From NCBI GenBank assembly GCA_964496885.1, contig CAZCBG010000008.1, positions 4,354-68,353 of the forward strand: a DNA stretch of 64,000 nt, in the 5' to 3' direction. The position numbers and the translations under genes are program-made. Source of the stretch: an uncultured Bacteroides sp. (GTDB lineage: Bacteria; Bacteroidota; Bacteroidia; Bacteroidales; JACABE01). The notes beneath the pieces are model-generated. The model saw nothing but the letters and a program-made list of their open reading frames with translations. It was not told the origin of the DNA and ran no database searches. Positions 1 through 8,479 of this stretch are shown piece by piece; position 1 is the first letter of the stretch, and every line of letters starts with the position of its first letter.

Positions 1-1
1 T

Positions 2-271
2 GCAGTTAAAAAAGATATCAACGGTATTGGTTATGGTGGCGCAGCTTACTCAGCAGGTATCGAAATCTGTAAAGTAAAAAAAGACGCCAACAGTCCTGCT
101 TACAAAGCTACTGCAGAAACAGTAAAGAATAACCAATATCCTATCACCCGTTATTTGTACATGTATTTAAGAAACAGACCTACAGGTGCTATGAAAACAT
201 ACATCGACTGGATTTTAAGTCCTGAAGGTCAAAGTCTGGTTACCGAAATGGGTTATTTCCCTGTTCGATAA
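2..271 (+). CDS. pstS: Phosphate ABC transporter substrate-binding protein PstS, 3' fragment (gene starts before the window)
   Basis: Frame from base 2 reads AVKKDINGIGYGGAAYS...YPITRYLYMYLRNRPTGAMKTYIDWILSPEGQSLVTEMGYFPVR*, with TAA at 269-271. This is a typical PstS/PBP C-terminus, and the gene lies directly upstream of pstC. Confidence 0.9.
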   Translation, partial: AVKKDINGIGYGGAAYSAGIEICKVKKDANSPAYKATAETVKNNQYPITRYLYMYLRNRPTGAMKTYIDWILSPEGQSLVTEMGYFPVR

Positions 272-287
272 AACCACTTTACTATAT

Positions 288-315
288 TGTCATATTGAGC
301 GAAGCAAAATATCTC
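288..315. repeat. Degenerate REP-like intergenic element
   Basis: tgtcatattgagcgaagcaaaatatctc resembles the widespread GTCATYCTGAGCGAAGCGAAGRATCT-type short repeat (recognised from memory). Only one copy is seen in the window. Confidence 0.4.
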
Positions 316-325
316 ATTAAAACTT

Positions 326-357
326 CAAACCTGACAGCTTAAAATCTGTCAGGTTTG
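326..357. repeat. 12-bp perfect inverted repeat (REP-like hairpin / mRNA-stabilising stem) between pstS and pstC
   Basis: caaacctgacag-cttaaaat-ctgtcaggtttg. It resembles the AAACCTGACAGG...CCTGTCAGGTTT repeats common in Bacteroidota intergenic DNA and has no long U-tract. Confidence 0.7.
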
Positions 358-413
358 CTTTATAAATGATGTAATATAAACTTAAGAAATAATCATTCAG
401 CTAGAAAAAGCTT

Positions 414-1688
414 ATGGATATAATTAATAAATTTATTAAACGAGGAATTAGAGTTTTTAAACTTAAAAAGCCAAATCCGACTGATAAAATCGATATCACC
501 CATAAACGATTCAGATGGTCTGATTTTATTGCTGAGAAAATTATCAAAGGGGTTGCTTTTCTTTCAATTACCATCATTGTATTGATCTTCTTTTTCGTAT
601 TCAGGGAATCCTTCCCCATATTTAATTTCGGGGGAAAAACCAACCCTAAAACGGAACAAATAACAACTACTCAGGACAAAAGCGGCACAGCAAAACCTGG
701 AGATCAAAAACAAGAACAATATGGTGGCGAAACAGCTGATGCTGCGAAACAGGAACAATATGGAACTGAAACTGCTCAGTCTGAAAAACAGGAACAATAT
801 GGGGCTGAAACTACATCCTCAGCTTCTCAGGAACAATACGGTGTACCTGCCAACGATACGATGACGGGAGAAAGTATCACACCCACTGAATCTTCTGCCC
901 AAATAGGAACTACAACCGATAACAACAAAAATGCATTGAAAACTTTGCCTACAAAAGTTTGGCAGCCGGTTTCTGATAATCCTCGGTATGGATTACTACC
1001 TTTGCTTTTAGGAACTTTTAAAATTACCATCATTTCCTTATTGTTTGCAGCACCTTTATCCATTTTGGCAGCCTTGTATACTTCGGTTTTTGCCAACAAA
1101 AAACTCAAAGAAATTATTAAACCAACCATCGAAATGCTGGCTGGGATTCCTTCAGTAGTCATTGGTTTTTTTGCTTTAATGGTAATGGCTAGCTTTTTAC
1201 AAAATCTGTTTGGTTATGATACACGTTTAAACTCATTTGTAGGTGGTATTGCCATGGGATTGGCAGCCATACCTATCATCTACACCATTACCGAAGATGC
1301 CTTAACCGCTGTTCCTAAAACCTATTATGAAGCCAGCCTTGCATTGGGTGCTAGTAAATGGCAAACTGCATTTTTCGTAATCCTACCTGCAGCTACTCCC
1401 GGAATTTTTGCTGCCATTTTATTAGGTATCGGCAGGGTTTTCGGCGAAACCATGATCGCTTTAATGGCCACAGGCAATGCAGCCATGATGGGGATCAATC
1501 CTTTTGAATCTGTAAGAACTTTAGCAGCAACCATAGGTGCCGAAATGGCTGAAGTAGTCTTCGGCGACACTCATTACAATGTGTTGTTTCTGATTGGTTC
1601 CATGCTGTTTATCTTCACTTTTGCATTGAATGCAATTGCTGAATTCTGGGTCAAAGGTAAATTAATGAAAAAAATTCAGGGGAAATAA
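414..1688 (+). CDS. pstC: Phosphate ABC transporter permease PstC with a repeat-containing insertion
   Basis: WQPVS..PRYGLLPLLLGT, EMLAGIPSVVIG and EAA-loop [15 protein letters not shown] motifs; operon context. Confidence 0.95.
   Translation: MDIINKFIKRGIRVFKLKKPNPTDKIDITHKRFRWSDFIAEKIIKGVAFLSITIIVLIFFFVFRESFPIFNFGGKTNPKTEQITTTQDKSGTAKPGDQKQEQYGGETADAAKQEQYGTETAQSEKQEQYGAETTSSASQEQYGVPANDTMTGESITPTESSAQIGTTTDNNKNALKTLPTKVWQPVSDNPRYGLLPLLLGTFKITIISLLFAAPLSILAALYTSVFANKKLKEIIKPTIEMLAGIPSVVIGFFALMVMASFLQNLFGYDTRLNSFVGGIAMGLAAIPIIYTITEDALTAVPKTYYEASLALGASKWQTAFFVILPAATPGIFAAILLGIGRVFGETMIALMATGNAAMMGINPFESVRTLAATIGAEMAEVVFGDTHYNVLFLIGSMLFIFTFALNAIAEFWVKGKLMKKIQGK
711..842 (+). repeat. In-frame 39-bp (13-aa) tandem repeat, 4 copies of QEQYG(x)8, inside pstC
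   Basis: CARGAACAATAYGG starts at 711, 750, 789 and 828 (exact 39-bp period). Protein: QEQYGGETADAAK QEQYGTETAQSEK QEQYGAETTSSAS QEQYG. Confidence 0.95.
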
Positions 1689-2725
1689 TGATATCAGAAA
1701 AACTAAATCACTTTTTTAGTTCTATAAAACTGAATAAAAGCAAAAATATCAGCATGGAAAATAGCGAAAACCTTACACCAACTCCTAAAAACGCATTTTT
1801 CGAGATGATCCGCATGAAAAAATCCCATTTTAAAAGAGACGCTCAAGGGTTTATTTATGAAGGATTAACACTTGCCGCTGTTTTAATTATCATTTCTATA
1901 CTAGTTGTAATGCTCGTGGTAATTATCAATGGTGGAAAGTCGATGTTTACCTGGGAATTTCTGACTTCTTTCCCTACCGAAGGGATGACCAAAGGAGGTA
2001 TCTTCCCTGCAATATTTGGGACAGCTATGCTGGTCATCATCATGTCGATTGCAGCAGTTCCCTTTGGTACTATTACAGCCATCTATTTAACTGAATATGC
2101 AAAAGAAAATTCATTCATCGCCCGTAGTATTCGATTTGCTGTAAGAACTTTAGCAGTTATTCCTTCTATCATTTACGGTTTATTTGGATTGGGCTTTTTT
2201 ATCAAATTTGTAGGTACCGAAATGGATACGATCTTTTTAGGAGGTCAACTGAAATGGGGACAACCCAATATTTTCTGGGCCAGTTTAACCATGGCTTTGC
2301 TTACCCTACCAGTTGTAATTGTATCCGTAGAAGAAGCTTTAAAAACCATTCCACGTGAATTGCGTGAAGCCAGTCTGGCGTTGGGAGCTACCAAATGGCA
2401 AACCATTCGCAAAGTTGTATTTCCGGGATCAATTTCAGGTATTATGACGGGTACTATTCTGGCAGTAAGTCGTGGAGCTGGTGAAGTAGCACCTATTTTA
2501 TTTACCGGAGCAGCCTATTATCTGGCAACATTGCCCCACTCCTTAAGCGATCAGTTTATGGTATTGGGTTATCACATTTACATTATGTCCACACAATCGG
2601 CCAACGTAGATCAAACATTACCCATACAGTTCGGGACCACCCTCGTATTGTTAATCCTTACATTTTCACTCAACTTCGTTGCCATCCTATTAAGATACAG
2701 AATCAGAAAAAGACGCATAGCCTAA
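1688..2725 (+). CDS. pstA: Phosphate ABC transporter permease PstA
   Basis: [27 protein letters not shown] and EAA loop [15 protein letters not shown] motifs; start overlaps the pstC stop. Confidence 0.95.
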   Translation: MISEKLNHFFSSIKLNKSKNISMENSENLTPTPKNAFFEMIRMKKSHFKRDAQGFIYEGLTLAAVLIIISILVVMLVVIINGGKSMFTWEFLTSFPTEGMTKGGIFPAIFGTAMLVIIMSIAAVPFGTITAIYLTEYAKENSFIARSIRFAVRTLAVIPSIIYGLFGLGFFIKFVGTEMDTIFLGGQLKWGQPNIFWASLTMALLTLPVVIVSVEEALKTIPRELREASLALGATKWQTIRKVVFPGSISGIMTGTILAVSRGAGEVAPILFTGAAYYLATLPHSLSDQFMVLGYHIYIMSTQSANVDQTLPIQFGTTLVLLILTFSLNFVAILLRYRIRKRRIA

Positions 2726-2735
2726 AAAAATTATA

Positions 2736-3494
2736 ATGAAGCATTTAAAAATTCATACAGAAAACATGTATTTGCATTATGGAAGCAAAATGGCATTGAA
2801 CAATGTTTCCATCAGCATACCCGAAAACAAGGTGACCGCATTGATCGGACCCTCGGGTTGTGGAAAATCTACTTTTCTCAGAAGCCTGAACAGAATGAAC
2901 GATCTAATCGATTCTGTAAAGATTGAAGGAAGTGTTTTTATAGATGGCATCAATATCTATGATAAAAATATTGATGTGGTCAACCTACGCAAAAAAGTAG
3001 GCATGGTTTTCCAGAAATCAAACCCTTTTGCCAAATCCATTTTTGAGAATGTCGCCTACGGTCCCCGAATCAATGGCATTAACAATAAAAATGAACTCAC
3101 AGAAATTGTTGAATTATCCTTACAAAATGCAGCCATCTGGGAAGAAGTTAAAGACCGTTTACACGATTCTGCCCTTGGATTATCAGGAGGTCAGCAACAA
3201 CGATTGTGTATTGCTCGTACATTAGCAGTGAACCCTGAAGTTATTTTAATGGACGAACCGGCCAGTGCCCTCGATCCAATCTCTACTTCAAAAATAGAAG
3301 AATTAATTGTTCAATTGAAAGAAAAATACACCATTGTTATTGTAACACACAATATGCAGCAAGCTGCCAGAATCAGTGATGATACTGCATTTTTCTATCT
3401 TGGAGAGTTAATTGAATTCAATAAAACAAAAAAAATATATACCAACCCTGACAAAAAACAAACCGAAGATTATATTTCCGGAAGATTTGGTTAA
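2736..3494 (+). CDS. pstB: Phosphate ABC transporter ATPase PstB
   Basis: Walker [10 protein letters not shown], signature LSGGQQQR, Walker [14 protein letters not shown]-terminal [10 protein letters not shown]. Confidence 0.97.
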   Translation: MKHLKIHTENMYLHYGSKMALNNVSISIPENKVTALIGPSGCGKSTFLRSLNRMNDLIDSVKIEGSVFIDGINIYDKNIDVVNLRKKVGMVFQKSNPFAKSIFENVAYGPRINGINNKNELTEIVELSLQNAAIWEEVKDRLHDSALGLSGGQQQRLCIARTLAVNPEVILMDEPASALDPISTSKIEELIVQLKEKYTIVIVTHNMQQAARISDDTAFFYLGELIEFNKTKKIYTNPDKKQTEDYISGRFG

Positions 3495-3496
3495 TT

Positions 3497-4204
3497 TTGT
3501 CGCAACATTATATTAAGATGACAGATATGGAGAAATACAGGATATTCGACAACGAACTCGAAAAACTCAGCGAAAGAGTAGTGAAAATGAGTCATTTGGT
3601 TGAAGAACAAATAAGCAATGCCGTGCTTGCTTTAAATAATTATGATATAGAACTGGCAAAACAAGTTATAGAGAATGACAATAAGGTTGATAAACTGGAT
3701 GTAAAAATTGATAAACTTTGTCAGAAAATTTTCGCCTTGCAACAACCTGTTGCTACTGATTTAAGGTATATTATTTCATCACTTAAAATCAACAATGATC
3801 TGGAACGTATTGGAGACCATGCAGTTAATATTGCCAAACGAATAGATGCATTGAGCGATTATACCAATTTTTCAAAAGAATTCGGTGTGGATGATATTGC
3901 CAACAAAACTGTTTTATTGTACAAAGATGTGGATCAATTGATTAAAACACATAATCTGATACTAGCTACCGATATTTTTCAAAATGCAATCACTATAAAA
4001 GAGCGCTGTCATCAGATTTCCGAAAAAATCATAGAAGAAATGATGCAGCAGAAAGAAGTGATAGTAGTGGCTACCAATATCATGATTATTGTAAATTTAA
4101 TTGAGCGTATAGCCTCCTACTCCACCAATGTTGCAGAATCTATAATTTTCGTTGTGGATGGAAAAATTGTAAAGCATCAGAAAAAAGATGAAGAAATCAA
4201 TTAA
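3497..4204 (+). CDS. phoU: Phosphate signalling/uptake regulator PhoU (likely start is the ATG at 3518)
   Basis: Two PhoU repeats: LQQPVATDLR and DLERIGDHAVNIAK, then LIERIASYSTNVAE. Follows pstB. Confidence 0.95.
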   Translation: MSQHYIKMTDMEKYRIFDNELEKLSERVVKMSHLVEEQISNAVLALNNYDIELAKQVIENDNKVDKLDVKIDKLCQKIFALQQPVATDLRYIISSLKINNDLERIGDHAVNIAKRIDALSDYTNFSKEFGVDDIANKTVLLYKDVDQLIKTHNLILATDIFQNAITIKERCHQISEKIIEEMMQQKEVIVVATNIMIIVNLIERIASYSTNVAESIIFVVDGKIVKHQKKDEEIN

Positions 4205-4331
4205 ATGTATTTTAATGCATTTTTTCATTTATAAAACTTAGCTTTTACTTCTTAATTTAAAAGATTTTACGAATAAATTATTAAATCTAAATAATAATCA
4301 TGCTTACTAAACATTTTAACAAGTTGATAAA

Positions 4332-4799
4332 ATGGGAATTGAAATTGAAAGAAAATTTATTGTAAATATTGATAAATGGAATGAAGTTGTTAAAACTCAA
4401 AATTTTTTTGTCAGACAAGGTTATTTAATGATAAATCATGTTATATCGATTAGAGTCAGGCAAACTGAAGCCAATGGCTATATAACGATAAAAGGTAATA
4501 AAGTCGGTATTACCAGATCTGAATTTGAGTATAGTATTCCTAAAGAAGAAGCTGAACAATTAATTGACAAGTATGCAACTTCAATATTGTCAAAATTCAG
4601 ATATATAATAGAATTTAAAAATAAATTATGGGAAGTTGATGAATTTTTAGAGGATAATTCAGGTTTAATTATTGCAGAAATTGAATTATGCAGTGAAACA
4701 GAACAATTTGAATTACCTGAATGGATTGATAAAGAGGTGACTCATGAAGAGAAGTATTATAATTCAAATCTATCAACCCACCCCTTCACAAATTGGTAA
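4332..4799 (+). CDS. CYTH-domain protein (triphosphate tunnel metalloenzyme)
   Basis: N-terminal EIERKF motif, plus RSEFEYSIP, WEVDEF and IAEIEL. Confidence 0.92.
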   Translation: MGIEIERKFIVNIDKWNEVVKTQNFFVRQGYLMINHVISIRVRQTEANGYITIKGNKVGITRSEFEYSIPKEEAEQLIDKYATSILSKFRYIIEFKNKLWEVDEFLEDNSGLIIAEIELCSETEQFELPEWIDKEVTHEEKYYNSNLSTHPFTNW

Positions 4800-4805
4800 T
4801 TTTAA

Positions 4806-4850
4806 AAAGGAAAAAGTATATTAATAAAAAATTAATATACTTTTTCCTTT
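4806..4850. terminator. 20-bp perfect inverted repeat, probable intrinsic terminator after the CYTH gene
   Basis: aaaggaaaaagtatattaat-aaaaa-attaatatactttttccttt, 7 bp after the stop codon. Confidence 0.7.
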
Positions 4851-4909
4851 ATTATGAATTAATTTTGTAATTCAATCTTTTATTTATTAATCTTTATTAT
4901 TTATTTACT

Positions 4910-5773
4910 ATGGAAGACATTAAAAATTATACCATAAAATTAGACAATAATGCTCAATTAATAGGCTTATTATCTAATAATGTTGAAATCTCAAATAAAG
5001 TAGCCCGATTTCAATCAGCAATTGAAAAATTAAAATCAAAACAAAAAAAAGCAGATGAATTACATTCTTTTTTAATTTTGGATATATCAACAATTGAAAA
5101 GGATAAGAATAAAAAAAGAATTGAATTAGAAAAAACGCTCTTGCCCTTAATAAGAATAATGCAGGTTTTTGCCTTTGATAAAAAGAAAAAAAATCTACAA
5201 AAAAAATTGGAGTATTTAACTTTAGATTATATTCAAAAATGCTCAGATATTGAATTGATAAAAATCGTAAAAAAAATCTGGCTATTAGCTGACAAAAATG
5301 CTGGATATTCACTTATATTTAATAGTAAAGGTAAATCAACCCTGAATACTGATTCGATAAAAAAAATAAACAAATTTGAAAAGGAATATGGTTTAAATCC
5401 TGCCTTGATTAAAAATATTGAAAAAACAAATTTAAAATTTATTGAATCAAAGTTTGTATATCAGAGTGAAATCAAAGAAAAAGGTAAAGCTGCCAAGAAA
5501 ATTAAAAATCTTTTAAAGCAGACAGAAGATTTATTTAAAAATACAATTGACCAGTTTGTAAAAATGTTTGAGAGTGATTATCCTGACTTTTACAAAGATT
5601 ATCATTTATTACGAGCAAATAAACCTAAAAGTAAAATAAAAGAAACCCCTGAGAAAAAACCAATTCGACAGGTAAGACCTAATAAAGAAAATAAAAATAC
5701 CCTGAAAGATATAGAACAAACGAATGAATCAACTCAAAAACCAAAAGCTACAAAAACAAATAAAGTAGTGTAA
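4910..5773 (+). CDS. Hypothetical helical protein with a Lys-rich C-terminal tail
   Basis: 287-aa ORF with a TAATTTTG -7 element at 4860-4867. The pattern (EYGL...; D.FV..F...YPDFY..Y...R) resembles an uncharacterised Bacteroidota family. Confidence 0.75.
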   Translation: MEDIKNYTIKLDNNAQLIGLLSNNVEISNKVARFQSAIEKLKSKQKKADELHSFLILDISTIEKDKNKKRIELEKTLLPLIRIMQVFAFDKKKKNLQKKLEYLTLDYIQKCSDIELIKIVKKIWLLADKNAGYSLIFNSKGKSTLNTDSIKKINKFEKEYGLNPALIKNIEKTNLKFIESKFVYQSEIKEKGKAAKKIKNLLKQTEDLFKNTIDQFVKMFESDYPDFYKDYHLLRANKPKSKIKETPEKKPIRQVRPNKENKNTLKDIEQTNESTQKPKATKTNKVV

Positions 5774-5832
5774 TATCAATATTAGATAAATTTAATCATA
5801 TCTTTTTTTACATCATTAAGTATATTATTTCA

Positions 5833-6660
5833 ATGAAAGACTGTAATGTAGTTAATATTTTTAAGCCTATTAGTTTTCTAAATTTGCTTGAAACAGATAT
5901 TGAAAACCTTTATACTTATTCTAACGATACTTCTTCTGAATTGGATAAGTCTATCCATGAAATACGAAAATCATTAAAATCTATTTCAGCTATTTTATCA
6001 ATTTATAAAGTACATTTTGAAAAAACACAATATTTAAGTTGGGTAGCTTATATTAAGGATATTTCAAAACTTTATGCTTCTTTAAGAGATCCTTATATTT
6101 ATCGTAAAACATATTATAAATTTGAAAAAGAACTAAATAAGAAATCTTTTGCACTTTCATTTGAATTAAAAAATCATCTTGAATTAAGGTATGCTCTAAC
6201 TGTTAAAGAATTAATTAATAAAAAAGATATTTTAATTCAGGGAAATTCTGCAATAATTAATATGATTGATACATTTAATAAATCTTTCATCTATTCTGAT
6301 ATTAAATTACTGAATAAGAGTGTTCTGAATACATTTAAAAAGTCAAAAAAATTATATTTAAAATTAAGTCTGTCTTCCACTTCTGAAGATTTTCATAAGT
6401 TTAGAACTTGTTGTAAAGATAATTATTTACAACAATCAGTACTTATACTTAATAAATTGAGAAATCCATCTAATCATATTAAGAGCCTTTATAAATTAAC
6501 TGAATACTTAGGGCAAGAGCATGATTTGCAACTATTTAAAGATTATTTAAAAATGCATTTTCCTGAATTGTCAAAATTATCGAATTCTTTTTTTAATTTA
6601 AGAATAAAAAAGTTAAGAATAAAAATAATGAAACTTTTTCCCAATATTAAATACAAATAA
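5833..6660 (+). CDS. CHAD-domain protein (polyphosphate-binding type)
   Basis: IHEIRKSLK, LRD and FHKFRTCCKD...LGQEHDL motifs typical of CHAD; near the CYTH and pst genes. Confidence 0.85.
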   Translation: MKDCNVVNIFKPISFLNLLETDIENLYTYSNDTSSELDKSIHEIRKSLKSISAILSIYKVHFEKTQYLSWVAYIKDISKLYASLRDPYIYRKTYYKFEKELNKKSFALSFELKNHLELRYALTVKELINKKDILIQGNSAIINMIDTFNKSFIYSDIKLLNKSVLNTFKKSKKLYLKLSLSSTSEDFHKFRTCCKDNYLQQSVLILNKLRNPSNHIKSLYKLTEYLGQEHDLQLFKDYLKMHFPELSKLSNSFFNLRIKKLRIKIMKLFPNIKYK

Positions 6661-6705
6661 TTTTAAAATATTTTAATAAAAGAACTAGTTATAAAAATTA
6701 ATTAA

Positions 6706-6761
6706 TTAATAATAACTTAATTTTAATTTAACATACCAGGCGTTATACTAACTTATATTTG
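6706..6761 (+). promoter_or_regulatory. Candidate Pho-box-like array plus Bacteroidota -7 element
   Basis: ttaataa (6706), ttaattt (6717), ttaacat (6728) at an 11-bp period; TATATTTG at 6754, 26 bp after the last repeat start. Confidence 0.55.
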
Positions 6762-6787
6762 CAGTATTATTTTAATACATATCAAAT

Positions 6788-7138
6788 ATGAAAAAATTAG
6801 TTTTATTAATCGTTATAATTACTGCTACAATCTATTTTACTCAGGCGGGTGAACCTCTAAAAACTGAAAAAATAACTGAGTCCCAGCTTGTATTAAAAGG
6901 CAAAGTAATTGACAAAAAAACCGGTGAAACTTTAGTAGGTGCTGTTGTTAATGTTGGAAATTCTGAATATAAAACATATACCGATTTAGATGGTAATTTT
7001 GAAATAAAAAATGTAAAAGAAGGAAATTATAATATTGTTGTGTCATATATTTCTTATCACTCTAGTTTGGTTGAACAGACAATCGTAAAATCTTTAAATA
7101 CTTCTTTAGAGATCGAACTGATTGAAGATAACAAATAA
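6788..7138 (+). CDS. Secreted stand-alone carboxypeptidase-regulatory-like (TBDT N-terminal extension-type) domain protein
   Basis: Signal peptide followed by LKGKVIDKKTGETLVGAVV...TDLDGNFEI...YNIVVSYISY; only 116 aa, with no barrel. Confidence 0.85.
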   Translation: MKKLVLLIVIITATIYFTQAGEPLKTEKITESQLVLKGKVIDKKTGETLVGAVVNVGNSEYKTYTDLDGNFEIKNVKEGNYNIVVSYISYHSSLVEQTIVKSLNTSLEIELIEDNK

Positions 7139-7167
7139 GCGTTTTCTCATCTATATATATCCCCCCT

Positions 7168-7210
7168 GCCGTAATAAATATATTGAAAATTATATTTTTA
7201 CGGCTTTTTT
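7168..7210 (+). terminator. Probable intrinsic terminator
   Basis: gccgtaataaatata...tatatttttacggc stem followed by tttttt. Confidence 0.6.
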
Positions 7211-7282
7211 ATGTAATTTTGTAAATGTAATACACATTGCATTTCAAAAACTAATTCTCAATAAATATTTTATTCATACATT

Positions 7283-7744
7283 ATGAAAAAGGCATTTTTA
7301 TTCATCATTAGTATTTTATTCCTTAATCTTTCATTTTTATTTTCGCAACAACTGGAAATTAAAGATGGTATTTATTATAAAGATAAAAAGCTATATACTG
7401 GAATTCATAAAGAATACTATGAAAATGGAAATTTGAAGATGGAATTAAGTATTACAAATGGTCTAAACGAAGGAATATCAACTTATTATTTTGAAAATGG
7501 CAAGAAAAAAGAACAACAGTCATATACAAAAGATGAAAAAGATGGGCTTTGGATTACATGGAATGAAGAGGGAATTAAAAACGCTGAAGCTCGTTATCTG
7601 AAAGGTAAAAAACATGGAATATGGTACATCTGGGATGAGAAAGGGAACCTCATTAGAGAAATGCTATATGAAAATGGAGAAAAAGCAGGTGTTTGGAAAA
7701 TGTGGGATTCCAATGGAAACCTAATACAGGAAAAAAAATATTAA
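7283..7744 (+). CDS. Secreted MORN-variant repeat protein (YwqK-like repeats)
   Basis: Signal peptide; repeats of YYENG.LK, YFENGKKK, WNEEG.K, WDEKGNL, WDSNGNL. Confidence 0.85.
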   Translation: MKKAFLFIISILFLNLSFLFSQQLEIKDGIYYKDKKLYTGIHKEYYENGNLKMELSITNGLNEGISTYYFENGKKKEQQSYTKDEKDGLWITWNEEGIKNAEARYLKGKKHGIWYIWDEKGNLIREMLYENGEKAGVWKMWDSNGNLIQEKKY

Positions 7745-8226
7745 AAAAAACAAATTCCCTTTAATTACAAAACCAGCTTAAGTTATTAATCCACACACAT
7801 AATTTACATTCCCATGTAAATAAGTAAGAATTACATTTATATATTTAATTTACCCTTAAAAGGCAAAACCAATCCTGCTTTTAATTTTCAAAATAATTAC
7901 CCCCGTCTTTACAAAATTTAATAGTGCTTGCAAAGAGATTTAAACCATTTAATAAGTGCTATTATAATAGCTTTGTCAGATTATCAACTGAATAAAAAGT
8001 CGTGATTCCTCATTTAAATTTCTAATTTACTTCACCCAATTTTAGTCTTACCGCAAATATAATATTTCATACTTCAATTTTGCTCCCTTTACATTTCGTT
8101 TTGCCAACAGCTTATTATTGTAGTAAAATGCAATAGAAGCATTCTAATTATCGCCACCCGTTAACTAATTTGATAGGCTGCAATATTAGGACACACAGCA
8201 TACATATTTATAATAACTTAATATAG

Positions 8227-8304
8227 TTAACATAAAATCAAACAAAAATTAAAGTAATAGTGAAATAATGTTAACACATTTTAGTTTTCTTTCAACTTAT
8301 TTTG
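8227..8304 (+). promoter_or_regulatory. Candidate Pho-box-like array plus variant -7 element upstream of the triple phosphatase
   Basis: ttaacat (8227), tcaaaca (8238), ttaaagt (8249), gtgaaat (8260), ttaacac (8271); TTATTTTG at 8297, 26 bp after the last repeat start. Confidence 0.6.
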
Positions 8305-8479
8305 CATAAAAAGTTTTAACAAATTTTATGAATATGAGAAAAAAATGAAACTAGAAAATTTAGAAATAAACAGCAAATATTTCTTAAATAAAAAAGGAAT
8401 TAAATGCAATAAAAGCAATTATTCCATGGCATATAATCCATGTTATTTAAAAAATGGTCTTTTACCATAAAATATCTAT

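Noticed and set aside
711-842. Regular 39-bp period resembling a mini CRISPR array
   Set aside because: The conserved core is only ~14 bp, the repeat is in-frame inside pstC, and there are no cas genes.
4180-4204. PhoU C-terminus KKDEEIN resembles the micro-protein ends KKDEIN
   Set aside because: Short, low-complexity match in AT-rich codons; no wider similarity.
7283-7744. YwqK-like repeats suggesting a toxin-antitoxin antitoxin
   Set aside because: The protein has a signal peptide and no neighbouring toxin; MORN-variant repeats are common in Bacteroidota secreted proteins.
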